Of a DNA stretch of 24,000 nucleotides, positions 1 to 7,748 are shown piece after piece. This stretch comes from Alphaproteobacteria bacterium. Lineage in GTDB: Bacteria > Pseudomonadota > Alphaproteobacteria > GCA-2731375. Under the pieces are notes generated by a model that had not been told where the DNA came from, did not search any database, and saw only the letters and a program-made list of their open reading frames with translations. Position numbers and translations under genes: made by a program. How positions within the stretch are numbered: the first letter of the stretch is position 1; every line of letters starts with the position of its first letter. Where the stretch lies: the NCBI GenBank assembly GCA_030747035.1, contig JASLLM010000006.1, forward strand, positions 8,169 through 32,168, written 5' to 3'.

Positions 1-319
1 CCGCCACCAGGCCGCCCAGTACGGCGGTGACCGCCACGGCGCCCAACAGGCTGATCCACAGATTGGCGGCCACGTTGAACTGGGTCAGGCCAAAGGCGTA
101 GGCACCGATACCCAGAAAGGCGCCATGGCCGAACGACGGCAGGCCGGTGTAGCCCAGCAGCAAGTTCACCGCCAGGGCGAAGATCACCCAGATCATCACC
201 TCCAAGCCGAGGTATTGGTACAGCCCGATGGCTTCGATCCAGAACGGCATGGTGCCGAACACCAGGAATGACACCAGCATGGGTGCCGTGAACCAGTTTT
301 TGATGCCTTGCGGGTCCAT
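1..319 (-). CDS. LIV/HAAT-family ABC transporter permease, LivM-like; N-terminal part only, gene runs off the left edge
   Basis: Minus-strand ATG at 319..317, 3 nt after the stop of the preceding permease gene. My translation MDPQGIKNWFTAPMLVSFLVFGTMPFWIEAIGLYQYLGLEVMIWVIFALAVNLLLGYTGLPSFGHGAFLGIGAYAFGLTQ... stays open to position 1. The LLLGYTGxxSFGHxAFxGxGAY stretch is typical of LivM-type permeases. It is absent from the ORF track because it is truncated. Confidence 0.85.
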   Translation of the reverse strand, partial: MDPQGIKNWFTAPMLVSFLVFGTMPFWIEAIGLYQYLGLEVMIWVIFALAVNLLLGYTGLPSFGHGAFLGIGAYAFGLTQFNVAANLWISLLGAVAVTAVLGGLVA

Positions 320-322
320 GTC

Positions 323-1255
323 CTAGGCCTTCAACGCGCTGGCTTTGCCGGCGAAACCACGGGAGCGGAAAGTGACCACCACCAACAGCAGCAGATACAT
401 AGACAGCAACGACCACTCGGTCAGGAAAGCTGCGGTCAGTGCCACCACCATGCCAACCAGCAGCCCGGCGCTGACCGCGCCCCAGAAACTGCCCACGCCG
501 CCCAGCACGATGACCACGAAAGCGGGAATGACCGCGTCGACGCCAACGTGAGGGCGTACGCCCCAGATCGGTGCCATGACGATGCCGGCGATGGCGGCCA
601 GCGCGGCGCCGAAGGCGAAAACAAACAGGCGCAGGCGGGAGAGGTTATAGCCCAGCACCCGCACCATCTCGCTATCATGGGCGCCGGCCTTGATCACCGC
701 GCCATAGGGGGTACGGTTGAGGAAGGCCCACAATAAACCGATCATGGCCATGGCGAAGACGGCGGCGAATATCCGGTAGTTTGAATAGATCATGTCGCCA
801 AAGAAGAAGCCGCCCCGGATCGCCTTGGGCAGGGGCAGGAAATATTCCGCCGGGCCCCAGATCTCGCGAATGATTTCTTCCAGCACCAGGGCGGCACCGA
901 AGGTCAACAACAGGCCATACAGCGGATCCTTGCCGTAGGTGCGGCGCAAACAAATCTCCAGACCCATGCCGACGACGGCGACCAGGGCCGGCGCCACGAT
1001 CAGCGCGATGATATAGCGGGGAATGGCGGGCAGGTCGTAATAGGCCTGCATGAAGGCAAAGGGCAGGCCGCCGTCCTGGCCCATCAGCATTACGGCGAAA
1101 TAAGCGCCCAGTGCAAACAGCGAGCCGTGCGCCAGGTTGATCACTTCCATCACGCCGATGATCAGCATGAAGCCGAGGGAGAGCAGCGCAAACAGCAGCC
1201 CCAGGGCGACGCCGTTCAAAAGGTGTGGCAACAGACCGAGAAAGAAATCAACCAT
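323..1255 (-). CDS. LIV/HAAT-family ABC transporter permease, LivH-like (310 aa)
   Basis: ORF track 323..1255. The protein is polytopic and hydrophobic. The N-terminus MVDFFLGLLPHLLNGVALGLLFALLSLGFMLIIGVMEVINLAHGSLFALGAYF matches the LivH/BraD pattern (xINLAHGxxxxxGAY). It sits next to a LivM-like gene and a PBP1 binding protein. Confidence 0.9.
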   Translation of the reverse strand: MVDFFLGLLPHLLNGVALGLLFALLSLGFMLIIGVMEVINLAHGSLFALGAYFAVMLMGQDGGLPFAFMQAYYDLPAIPRYIIALIVAPALVAVVGMGLEICLRRTYGKDPLYGLLLTFGAALVLEEIIREIWGPAEYFLPLPKAIRGGFFFGDMIYSNYRIFAAVFAMAMIGLLWAFLNRTPYGAVIKAGAHDSEMVRVLGYNLSRLRLFVFAFGAALAAIAGIVMAPIWGVRPHVGVDAVIPAFVVIVLGGVGSFWGAVSAGLLVGMVVALTAAFLTEWSLLSMYLLLLVVVTFRSRGFAGKASALKA

Positions 1256-1287
1256 GGTTTATCTTCCGATCGCACGGCTTCTCCGTC

Positions 1288-1389
1288 ATGCCCGGACTTG
1301 ATCCGGGCATCCATGCCTTGGATTACCGGGTCAGGCCCGGCAATGACATTGGAAGGGCACGGGGTCCGCCGTATTGCTGGCGGACCCCG
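1288..1389. repeat. Three consecutive GC-rich stem-loops in the binding-protein/permease intercistronic spacer (REP-like)
   Basis: Read directly from the sequence. ATGCCCGGA-cttga-TCCGGGCAT spans 1288-1310 (9-bp perfect stem). CCGGG-tcagg-CCCGG spans 1326-1340. CGGGGTCCGCC-gtattgct-GGCGGACCCCG spans 1360-1389 (11-bp perfect stem). No U-run follows any of them on the transcribed minus strand. Confidence 0.7.
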
Positions 1390-1401
1390 CCCGGGTCTTG
1401 A

Positions 1402-2694
1402 TCAGCCTTGATCGTAGCTGGGCGTATCAGCAAACGATTCCAGCTTGCAGACCGCATCCGCACTGGCGCGGACCGATTCGGGATCGGCCGCCGTGAGGAT
1501 TTCAAAGTAGTCGGTCTTGTCCGCGGGCTTCTTGTTGCCGCGGGCAAGATAGACGGTCTGCTGCACATGATGGGAGTTCGGATCGATCACCGCGTCATGC
1601 GTTTGCATGCGGTCGTCGGCGGACATTTTGCGGCCTTCCAGGGCCTTGATGATCTTGGTGTTGTCCGTGCCGCCGGTTTCCTCGATCACGCGGAGCAATT
1701 CCCGCATGGCGACATAGCCGTTGTAGGTGACGTTGCCGGGAACCGAGATCCTGGTTGTCGGATAGCGGGCCTGATAGCGGGCCACGAAATCCTTCACGCC
1801 CGGCAGGTCGAGCAGGTGATACCAGGTGGTGCCGAACACACCGAATGCGGCATCCGCGCCCAGGCCGTAAACGTCGGGCCAATCCTGCTGGTTGTTCAGC
1901 CAGGCCGGGGAAGTGTCCAGGCCCATGTCGGAAACCTGCTTGCGCATGACCTTGAAGTCATCGCCGCCGACGGCGGCGGCAACCACATCAGGCTTCTGCT
2001 GCTGGATCTTCAGCAGGATAGCGGAGAAATCACGGGTGCCCACCGGAATGGCGACTTCGTCGACCGCATCGGCGCCGTAGTTGGCGGCGACCTTCTTGGT
2101 GGCCGCGTTGGTGTTCTGGCCCCAAACATAGTCGTTGTAGAGGAACATCCATTTCTTGCCGAAGGCATCGATGGCGTTCTTGGCGGCGGCGCGGGAGAAG
2201 TTTTCGCCGCTGCCGTCCCAGACGAATTTCACCCGATGGCAGTTCTTGCCCGACTCGGTGGGCGAAGAGGAATTGGTGTTGAAATAGACGCAACCATATT
2301 TCTGCGCCACCTGGCTGATCGCGTTGGCGGTGCCGGATTGGATGGCGCCGACCATGAAATGCACGTTCTCGCGGGTGATCAGGCGCTCGGCCACGCGGGT
2401 GCCGGTCTGCGGCGTGGTCTCGGTGTCCATCCAGACATATTCGACTTTGCGGCCCAGCACGCCGCCCTTGGCGTTGGCTTCCTGGATCGCCATGATGGTG
2501 CCGCGCTTTTCAGCCTGGCCCGAGTTGGCGAACTGGCCGGAGGCATCATGGGTCAGGCCGATCTTGATCGGCTTGTCGGACGCTGCGGCATAGACCCGGT
2601 TCTGCTTCCACGGGCCAAAGAATGCGGCGCCGGCGCCGGCCGTGGCCAGTGCGGTGCCTCTCAACATACTGCGACGGGTAATTTTCGAAGACAT
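1402..2694 (-). CDS. Periplasmic substrate-binding protein, type-1 PBP / LivK-like family, with twin-arginine signal peptide (430 aa from the proposed start)
   Basis: ORF track 1402..2778. I prefer the internal ATG at 2694 because GGGAGGT (rc of 2701-2707) lies 6 nt upstream. The N-terminus is then MSSKITRRSMLRGTALATAGAGAAFFGPWKQNRVYAA, a Tat-type signal. The mature part (KIGLTHDASGQFANSGQ...GGVLGRKVEYVWMDTETTPQTG) fits the Leu/Ile/Val-binding-protein fold family. The ligand cannot be inferred. Confidence 0.88.
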   Translation of the reverse strand: MSSKITRRSMLRGTALATAGAGAAFFGPWKQNRVYAAASDKPIKIGLTHDASGQFANSGQAEKRGTIMAIQEANAKGGVLGRKVEYVWMDTETTPQTGTRVAERLITRENVHFMVGAIQSGTANAISQVAQKYGCVYFNTNSSSPTESGKNCHRVKFVWDGSGENFSRAAAKNAIDAFGKKWMFLYNDYVWGQNTNAATKKVAANYGADAVDEVAIPVGTRDFSAILLKIQQQKPDVVAAAVGGDDFKVMRKQVSDMGLDTSPAWLNNQQDWPDVYGLGADAAFGVFGTTWYHLLDLPGVKDFVARYQARYPTTRISVPGNVTYNGYVAMRELLRVIEETGGTDNTKIIKALEGRKMSADDRMQTHDAVIDPNSHHVQQTVYLARGNKKPADKTDYFEILTAADPESVRASADAVCKLESFADTPSYDQG

Positions 2695-2810
2695 AGCTAA
2701 ACCTCCCAGGTTGTCGTCCTCATATCGGCCCGCATCCGGGCCAGGTTCCAAAACCATCAAATAGCGCTCAAGGGGCAATCGAGACTGTAGGGCGCTTAAT
2801 CGGGAATAAT

Positions 2811-2839
2811 ATCCTATTTTTAAAAAAAAGAAATAGGAT
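2811..2839. promoter_or_regulatory. Perfect inverted repeat ATCCTATTT-N11-AAATAGGAT, candidate operator
   Basis: The 9-bp arms at 2811-2819 and 2831-2839 are exact reverse complements. The spacer is ttaaaaaaaag. Function is inferred from position only. Confidence 0.35.
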
Positions 2840-3015
2840 TTTTAAATTTTTTTATACTTTTTTTACTTTTTTCAAGTGTGGCGTTTTGCCACGCCAGATT
2901 CAACAGGGTCCTCAGACGTGAAATTTCTTCGCATATTATTATTGGCAGTTTTAAGCGATAATTGTGTTATAGAGCTCAAAAAAGTGCCAGTAATTTTCAT
3001 TCCATCTGCAAAATG

Positions 3016-3027
3016 AATCATATGATT
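3016..3027. promoter_or_regulatory. Perfect 12-bp palindrome AATCATATGATT, candidate GntR/FadR-type operator
   Basis: The sequence is self-complementary. The 16-bp version TGAATCATATGATTTA has one mismatched pair. It lies about 120 nt upstream of the regulator's ATG at 3149, and a TGATCA palindrome follows at 3040-3045. Confidence 0.35.
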
Positions 3028-3148
3028 TATCGTATTTTTTGATCATAAATAATATTTTATTTGCGCAATAAGCGTGTTTCGCCTAATTTCCTGGGTATCG
3101 GCTTTTTGCGATTTTAGCGAAGGGAGTCTCGCTTTGGCGGCGCATATC

Positions 3149-3892
3149 ATGGCAGGCACATCCTCGGCACCGGCGCTTTATCCGCGCAGCGGTATCCACG
3201 GTACCATCGTGCATGCCATCGGTACGGAAATCGTCACCGGCGTAATGCACGAGGGTGAAAGGCTGCCCGGCGATCAGGAGCTCATGGCCCGTTTTCAGGC
3301 CTCGCGCACGGCCTTGCGGGAGGCCTTGAAAGTGCTCTCCTCCAAGGGTCTGATCGAATCACGGCAACGGGCCGGCACCCGGGTGCGCCCGCGCAATGAT
3401 TGGGATCTGCTGGATGTGGACGTGCTGTCCTGGCATACGCCGGAGAGCATCTCCGAATCTTTTACGGCTGATTTGGTGGAATTGCGTGAATTGATCGAAC
3501 CGGTCGCCGCCAAGCTGGCCGCGGACCGCGCCACATCGGATGATCTGACCCGGATCGAAGCGGCTTATTTACGCATGGAAAAGTCGGTTGACGATTACGA
3601 GAGCTTTTATATCGCGGACGTGGATTTTCATCTCGCCGTGCTCAATGCCTCGCACAACCAGTTGGTACAGCGTCTGGCGGGCATTATCGGCACTGTCCTG
3701 GGCTTGAGCTTTGGCCTGCAAAAGCAGGCCCGCATCCCTTTGCGGGAGAGCCTGGAATCACATTATGGGGTGTTCGATGGCATCCGTCAGCGCAACCGCC
3801 GCGCGGCGGAGCGGGCCATGCGGATTACCATCCGCCGTGGCCGTGATACCCTGTCCCAGCGCCGCGCCATCATGCGCGGGCAAACCGCCTGA
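3149..3892 (+). CDS. GntR-family transcriptional regulator, FadR subfamily (wHTH + FCD domain), 247 aa from the ATG
   Basis: ORF track 3074..3892 opens at a GTG. The first ATG is at 3149 (MAGTSSAPALYPRSGIHG...). The wHTH segment is LPGDQELMARFQASRTALREALKVLSSKGLIESRQRAGTRVRP. The C-terminal all-helical FCD-like part contains ELRELIEPVAAKLAA...DFHLAVLNASHNQLV. The start is ambiguous between 3074 and 3149. Confidence 0.88.
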   Translation: MAGTSSAPALYPRSGIHGTIVHAIGTEIVTGVMHEGERLPGDQELMARFQASRTALREALKVLSSKGLIESRQRAGTRVRPRNDWDLLDVDVLSWHTPESISESFTADLVELRELIEPVAAKLAADRATSDDLTRIEAAYLRMEKSVDDYESFYIADVDFHLAVLNASHNQLVQRLAGIIGTVLGLSFGLQKQARIPLRESLESHYGVFDGIRQRNRRAAERAMRITIRRGRDTLSQRRAIMRGQTA

Positions 3893-3894
3893 GG

Positions 3895-4332
3895 TTATCC
3901 GTAAGCGAATTCGAAGCCGGCATAGACCGCCAGAAAGACCACGCCGGCACCTAGTATCAGGCCAATCGTAACGCGCATCATGAAGCCGAATTCCCGCCGC
4001 GCATCGCCCTTGATGGAGCGTTGTTTGCGCAGGACGGTGCTGTCATGCTCCTGCAACCGATCCCAATCCGCCAGGCGCTGACGTGCGCCCTTCAGACCCA
4101 GGACATCCCTGCCGGGGCTGTTTTCCCGGAGCAGATGGCCCCTGATGTGGGCCAACGCCATAAAAACCAGGAATGACGCGCAGCCAACCGACAGCACCCA
4201 ATAAAATACCGTCTCAGACCAGGAGGCCCACAGCAGCAGTGGTGTCAGGGCGGCGGTGATCCCGGCCAGGGTCAGGCCAAGCTCGATCAAGCCGAGCGCC
4301 AGCCGTGATTGCGGTTGTTCGGGAGCCGTCAT
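3895..4332 (-). CDS. Small integral membrane protein of unknown function (145 aa), translationally coupled to thiE
   Basis: ORF track 3895..4452. The internal ATG at 4332 overlaps the thiE stop as ATGA (4329-4332). The product [36 protein letters not shown]...[22 protein letters not shown]...[23 protein letters not shown] has three hydrophobic helices. I do not recognise a family. Confidence 0.6.
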   Translation of the reverse strand: MTAPEQPQSRLALGLIELGLTLAGITAALTPLLLWASWSETVFYWVLSVGCASFLVFMALAHIRGHLLRENSPGRDVLGLKGARQRLADWDRLQEHDSTVLRKQRSIKGDARREFGFMMRVTIGLILGAGVVFLAVYAGFEFAYG

Positions 4333-4982
4333 GATGCCGCCTCGATCGCTTTGTTGAAATCCCGCACGGCCTTGGCGGGACCGCCGGGATAGTTCCACAC
4401 ACCGGCCACCACGGAAAGGAAATCCGCTCCCGCCGTAACCAGGGGCTGGCAATTTTCCACCGTGATACCGCCGATGGCGACAGATGGTACCTCAAACAGT
4501 TCCGACCACCAACTTAGGATCTCCACGTCCGCCGCCGTCTTGGCCTGTTTGGTGCCGGTGGCAAAGAAGGCGCCAAAGGCAACATAGTCGGCCCCGGCCT
4601 CCGCCGCCTCCATGGCCAGGTGGCGGGAATCGTGGCAGGTCACGCCGACTATGTGATCGGCGCCCAGAATGCTACGTGCCTCGGCGTAGGGTGTGTCTTC
4701 CTGACCCACATGGCTGCCGTCGGCACCCATTTCTGCCGCCAGGTCCGGACGGTCATTGATCAGGAAGGCGACATCGCCGGCCTGTGCCACCGGCATCAAC
4801 GCCTCGGCCGCCCGGCGCACCGTATCGTCGTCCACATCCTTTAGGCGCAACTGCAGACAGGCCACGTCGCCGCCGTCCAGGGCCGCCCGCAGTTCCTCGG
4901 CGAACGCCGCCGGCTCGAATTGAGGCGGTGTAATCAGGTACAGGCGGCAGCGCTCATCGCCAGCATCGGCCTGGGTACTCAT
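4329..4982 (-). CDS. thiE: Thiamine-phosphate synthase (217 aa)
   Basis: ORF track 4329..4982. The pattern RLYLITPP...LQLRLKD...[25 protein letters not shown]...IVGVTCHD...[16 protein letters not shown]...VAIGGIT is the ThiE TIM-barrel pattern. Confidence 0.92.
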   Translation of the reverse strand: MSTQADAGDERCRLYLITPPQFEPAAFAEELRAALDGGDVACLQLRLKDVDDDTVRRAAEALMPVAQAGDVAFLINDRPDLAAEMGADGSHVGQEDTPYAEARSILGADHIVGVTCHDSRHLAMEAAEAGADYVAFGAFFATGTKQAKTAADVEILSWWSELFEVPSVAIGGITVENCQPLVTAGADFLSVVAGVWNYPGGPAKAVRDFNKAIEAAS

Positions 4983-5063
4983 CTATTCCGCTTTCCGTTG
5001 CATGCTCATTCAGCAAATCTTCCTGGCCTGCATAGCCCAGCATGGCGGTACTGGCAACGCCGC

Positions 5064-5468
5064 TTACGATGACGAAAGATGGGCATGGCACCAGGCAGCG
5101 ATATCCATTTCGTCCGGGCCGGGATCGAACGCCCTGGGTGGCCGCGGCAGGACTTCGGCGCCGTGGGCATGCGCGATCTGGCTGACCTTTTCCCGGACCG
5201 TGGCCTTGCCGCGCAGCACCAGGCAACGCCAACCAAGTACCAGCGCCATCTGCGCCATGGCGCTATCATCACCGCAGTCCAATATCGCCCGCACCCGGGC
5301 CTCGGGATAGCGCTGCTGCGCCAATTCCACCATGGCCAGGTAGAACCCCGGCCCGCCATATGCCGCCGCCCCCGGCGCGGTCAGCAGCGTTACGGGCCGC
5401 CTTAGCGCGGCGGCAACGGCCAGCGCGCCTTCGGCCTGTTGTGCATGGTGAAAAATGATCGCGGACAT
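5064..5468 (-). CDS. Hypothetical protein (134 aa) between pgk and thiE
   Basis: ORF track 5064..5585. The longer form would overlap pgk by 92 nt, so I start at the ATG at 5468, 25 nt after the pgk stop. The product is MSAIIFHHAQQAEGALAVAAALRRPVTLLTAPGAAAYGGPGFYLAMVELAQ... It is co-oriented with the flanking genes. No family recognised and no clear SD. Confidence 0.5.
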   Translation of the reverse strand: MSAIIFHHAQQAEGALAVAAALRRPVTLLTAPGAAAYGGPGFYLAMVELAQQRYPEARVRAILDCGDDSAMAQMALVLGWRCLVLRGKATVREKVSQIAHAHGAEVLPRPPRAFDPGPDEMDIAAWCHAHLSSS

Positions 5469-5493
5469 GACACTGTCATAGTCCGATTCGGCG

Positions 5494-6669
5494 TCAGCCT
5501 TCCAGTGCCTTGATGCCCGGCAGGACCTTGCCCTCCAGCCATTCCAGAAAGGCGCCCCCGGCGGTGGAGACATAGGTGAAATCATCCGCTGCGCCGGCGT
5601 GACGCAGGGCCGCCACCGTATCGCCGCCGCCCGCCACCGATGTCAGCTTGCCGTCGCGGGTCAGCGCAGCCGCCGCCTGGGCCACCTTGACGGTGCCGTT
5701 GTCAAAAGGCGCAATTTCAAAGGCGCCCATGGGGCCGTTCCACAACAGGGTCTTGCAGTCTTGCAAGCGGTTCGTCAGATCCCGCACACTGGCCGGGCCC
5801 ACGTCCAGGATCATCATGCCGTCCGGTACCTTGTCCACGGGCACGGTGGCGCTGTCGGCCCCGGCCTCGAATGTCTCGGACAGAACCACATCAACCGGCA
5901 GGACGATTTCGCAGCCCAGCCCCTGCGCCCGGGCCATGATATCCCGTGCCGTATCGGCAAGATCGGCCTCGCACAGGGACGCGCCCACATTGATGCCCTT
6001 GGCATGCAGGAAGGTATTCGCCATGCCGCCGCCGATGATCAGTTGATCCACCTTGTCCAACAGATGTCCCAGTACCGCCAGCTTCGACGACACCTTGGCC
6101 CCGCCTACCAGCGCCGCGACGGGCCGGTCCGGTTTCGCCAAGGCCGCCTCCAGCGCCTCCAATTCCGCCTGCATGGCGCGCCCGGCGGCTGCCGGCAGCA
6201 GATGTGCCAGGGCTTCCGTCGAGGCATGGGCCCGGTGGGCACAGGAAAAGGCATCATTGACGTAGATCTCGCCCAATTCGGCCAGGGCCTGGGCAAAGCC
6301 GGTATCGTTGGCTTCCTCGCCTGGATCGAACCGGACATTCTCCAGCAGCAGGACATCTCCGTCCTGCATGCCCGCCACCGCCTCCGCCGCCCCGTCCATG
6401 GCCGCGAAGGCCACCGGACGGCCAAGCGCGGCGCCCAGCGGTCCAGCCAGGGGTGCCAGAGACATCTCGGGCACCACCGTGCCCTTGGGCCGGCCGAAAT
6501 GGGACAGCACGATGACCTTGGCGCCCTTGTCCGACAGCTCGGCCAGGGTCGGCGCGGCCCGGTCGATGCGGGTGCTGTCACTGACCCGCCCGTCCTGCAT
6601 GGGTACGTTCAGGTCGACCCGCACCAACACCCGCGCGCTGGACAGGGTCAGATCGTCCAATGTCCGCAT
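5494..6669 (-). CDS. pgk: Phosphoglycerate kinase (391 aa)
   Basis: ORF track. The segments [57 protein letters not shown] and WNGPMGAFE...[14 protein letters not shown] are classic PGK signatures. Confidence 0.97.
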   Translation of the reverse strand: MRTLDDLTLSSARVLVRVDLNVPMQDGRVSDSTRIDRAAPTLAELSDKGAKVIVLSHFGRPKGTVVPEMSLAPLAGPLGAALGRPVAFAAMDGAAEAVAGMQDGDVLLLENVRFDPGEEANDTGFAQALAELGEIYVNDAFSCAHRAHASTEALAHLLPAAAGRAMQAELEALEAALAKPDRPVAALVGGAKVSSKLAVLGHLLDKVDQLIIGGGMANTFLHAKGINVGASLCEADLADTARDIMARAQGLGCEIVLPVDVVLSETFEAGADSATVPVDKVPDGMMILDVGPASVRDLTNRLQDCKTLLWNGPMGAFEIAPFDNGTVKVAQAAAALTRDGKLTSVAGGGDTVAALRHAGAADDFTYVSTAGGAFLEWLEGKVLPGIKALEG

Positions 6670-6681
6670 GGCCGGTTGTGA

Positions 6682-7686
6682 CTAGAGCTTGGCCATGGCG
6701 ACGGCAGTGTCGCTCATACGGTTGGAAAAGCCCCATTCGTTGTCATACCAGGTCAGGATACGCACAAAGCGGCCGTCGATCACCTGGGTCTGGGTCAGAT
6801 CAAAGGTGGAAGAGGCTGGATTGTGGTTGTAGTCGATGGACACCGTGGGCCCATCCGAGGTCGCCAGTACGCCTTTCAGCTTGCCGTTGGCCGCTTTGAC
6901 GATGGCAGCGTTGACCGCTTCCGTGGTGGTTTTCTTCTTGCTGCGGAATTTAAAATCCACGACCGAGACATTTGGCGTCGGTACCCGGATCGAGGTGCCG
7001 TCCAGCTTGCCGGCCAGTTCGGGCAGCACCAGGCCGACCGCCTTGGCCGCGCCCGTGGAAGTCGGGATCATGGACATCACCGCCGAACGGGCACGGCGCA
7101 GATCGCCATGCAGGGTGTCGAGGACCGGCTGATCGCCGGTGAAGGCATGGATGGTGGTCATGAAACCGTGTTCGATGCCCATCGCCTGGTTCAGCACGAA
7201 GGCCACCGGGGCCAGGCAGTTGGTGGTGCAGGAGGCGTTCGAGACCACCTTGTGCGACTTGCGCAGTTTGTTGTGATTGACGCCGTAGACCACGGTCAGA
7301 TCGGCCTCCGCCGCCGGGGCGGAGACCAGGACTTTCTTAGCGCCGGCGGCCAGATGGGCCGAGGCCTTTTCCTTCGATGCAAAGATGCCGGTGCATTCCA
7401 GGGCCACGTCAACGCCCAGTTTCTCCCAGGGCAGGTTGGCCGGATCACGCTCCGCCGTCACCCTGATGCCGCTGCCGTTCACATTCATGCCGGTCTTGGT
7501 GGTCCGCACCTTGCCCGGAAAGGCGCCGTGCACCGAGTCATAGCGCAACAGATGCGCGTTGGTCTCGATCGGGCCCAGGTCATTGACCCCGACCACTTGA
7601 ATATCCTTGCGCCCGGACTCCGCGATGGCGCGGAGTACCAGACGGCCGATCCGGCCGAAGCCGTTAATGCCAACCCGAACTACCAT
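6682..7686 (-). CDS. gap: Type I glyceraldehyde-3-phosphate dehydrogenase (334 aa)
   Basis: ORF track. It has INGFGRIGR at the N-terminus, the active-site [12 protein letters not shown], and [11 protein letters not shown] at the C-terminus. A strong SD AGGAGAG (rc of 7691-7697) lies upstream. Confidence 0.97.
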   Translation of the reverse strand: MVVRVGINGFGRIGRLVLRAIAESGRKDIQVVGVNDLGPIETNAHLLRYDSVHGAFPGKVRTTKTGMNVNGSGIRVTAERDPANLPWEKLGVDVALECTGIFASKEKASAHLAAGAKKVLVSAPAAEADLTVVYGVNHNKLRKSHKVVSNASCTTNCLAPVAFVLNQAMGIEHGFMTTIHAFTGDQPVLDTLHGDLRRARSAVMSMIPTSTGAAKAVGLVLPELAGKLDGTSIRVPTPNVSVVDFKFRSKKKTTTEAVNAAIVKAANGKLKGVLATSDGPTVSIDYNHNPASSTFDLTQTQVIDGRFVRILTWYDNEWGFSNRMSDTAVAMAKL

Positions 7687-7748
7687 TTCACTCTCCTATC
7701 AAAAAGAATCTTGCAAATTTTGCCGCGCCCTTCGCCGCTCCGGAAACT

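Larger units (their letters stand above)
2795..3075. promoter_or_regulatory. Very AT-rich, probably curved divergent promoter/operator region between the transporter operon and the GntR gene
   Basis: My hand count for 2811-3060 is 69 G+C in 250 nt, about 28 percent. Phased T tracts start at 2839, 2847, 2858 and 2867. No ORF of 60 aa or more lies here. The flanking genes diverge from this region. Confidence 0.6.

Noticed and set aside
1408-2700. A 430-aa plus-strand ORF lies antisense to the binding-protein gene. There are similar long antisense ORFs at 5599-6681, 6823-7893, 8694-9839, 13112-13957, 21372-22244 and 22315-22953.
   Set aside because: Each lies exactly opposite a gene with unmistakable family motifs. 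Their products are Arg/Gly/Ala/His-rich low-complexity strings with no motifs. These are the classic stop-poor shadow frames of high-GC DNA.
2695-2778. The ORF track gives N-terminal extensions for several genes: 2695-2778, 4333-4452, 5469-5585, 10357-10419, 14311-14394 and 16063-16104.
   Set aside because: The internal starts give canonical N-termini. These are a Tat signal, MTAP with ATGA coupling, MAQVNIQ for Zap[10 protein letters not shown] for RuvA and MPEPHRF for YbgC. They also avoid long overlaps with the upstream gene.
2943-2956. A sigma-54-like TGGCAG-N-AAGC motif lies in the AT-rich region.
   Set aside because: The GG-to-GC spacing is one nucleotide short of the TGGCAC-N5-TTGC consensus, and the -12 element is poor.
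4983-5063. I checked for a possible TPP riboswitch upstream of thiE.
   Set aside because: The gap is only 81 nt. On the minus strand it lacks the conserved THI-box elements, with no CUGAGA core and no matching pairing partners that I could find.
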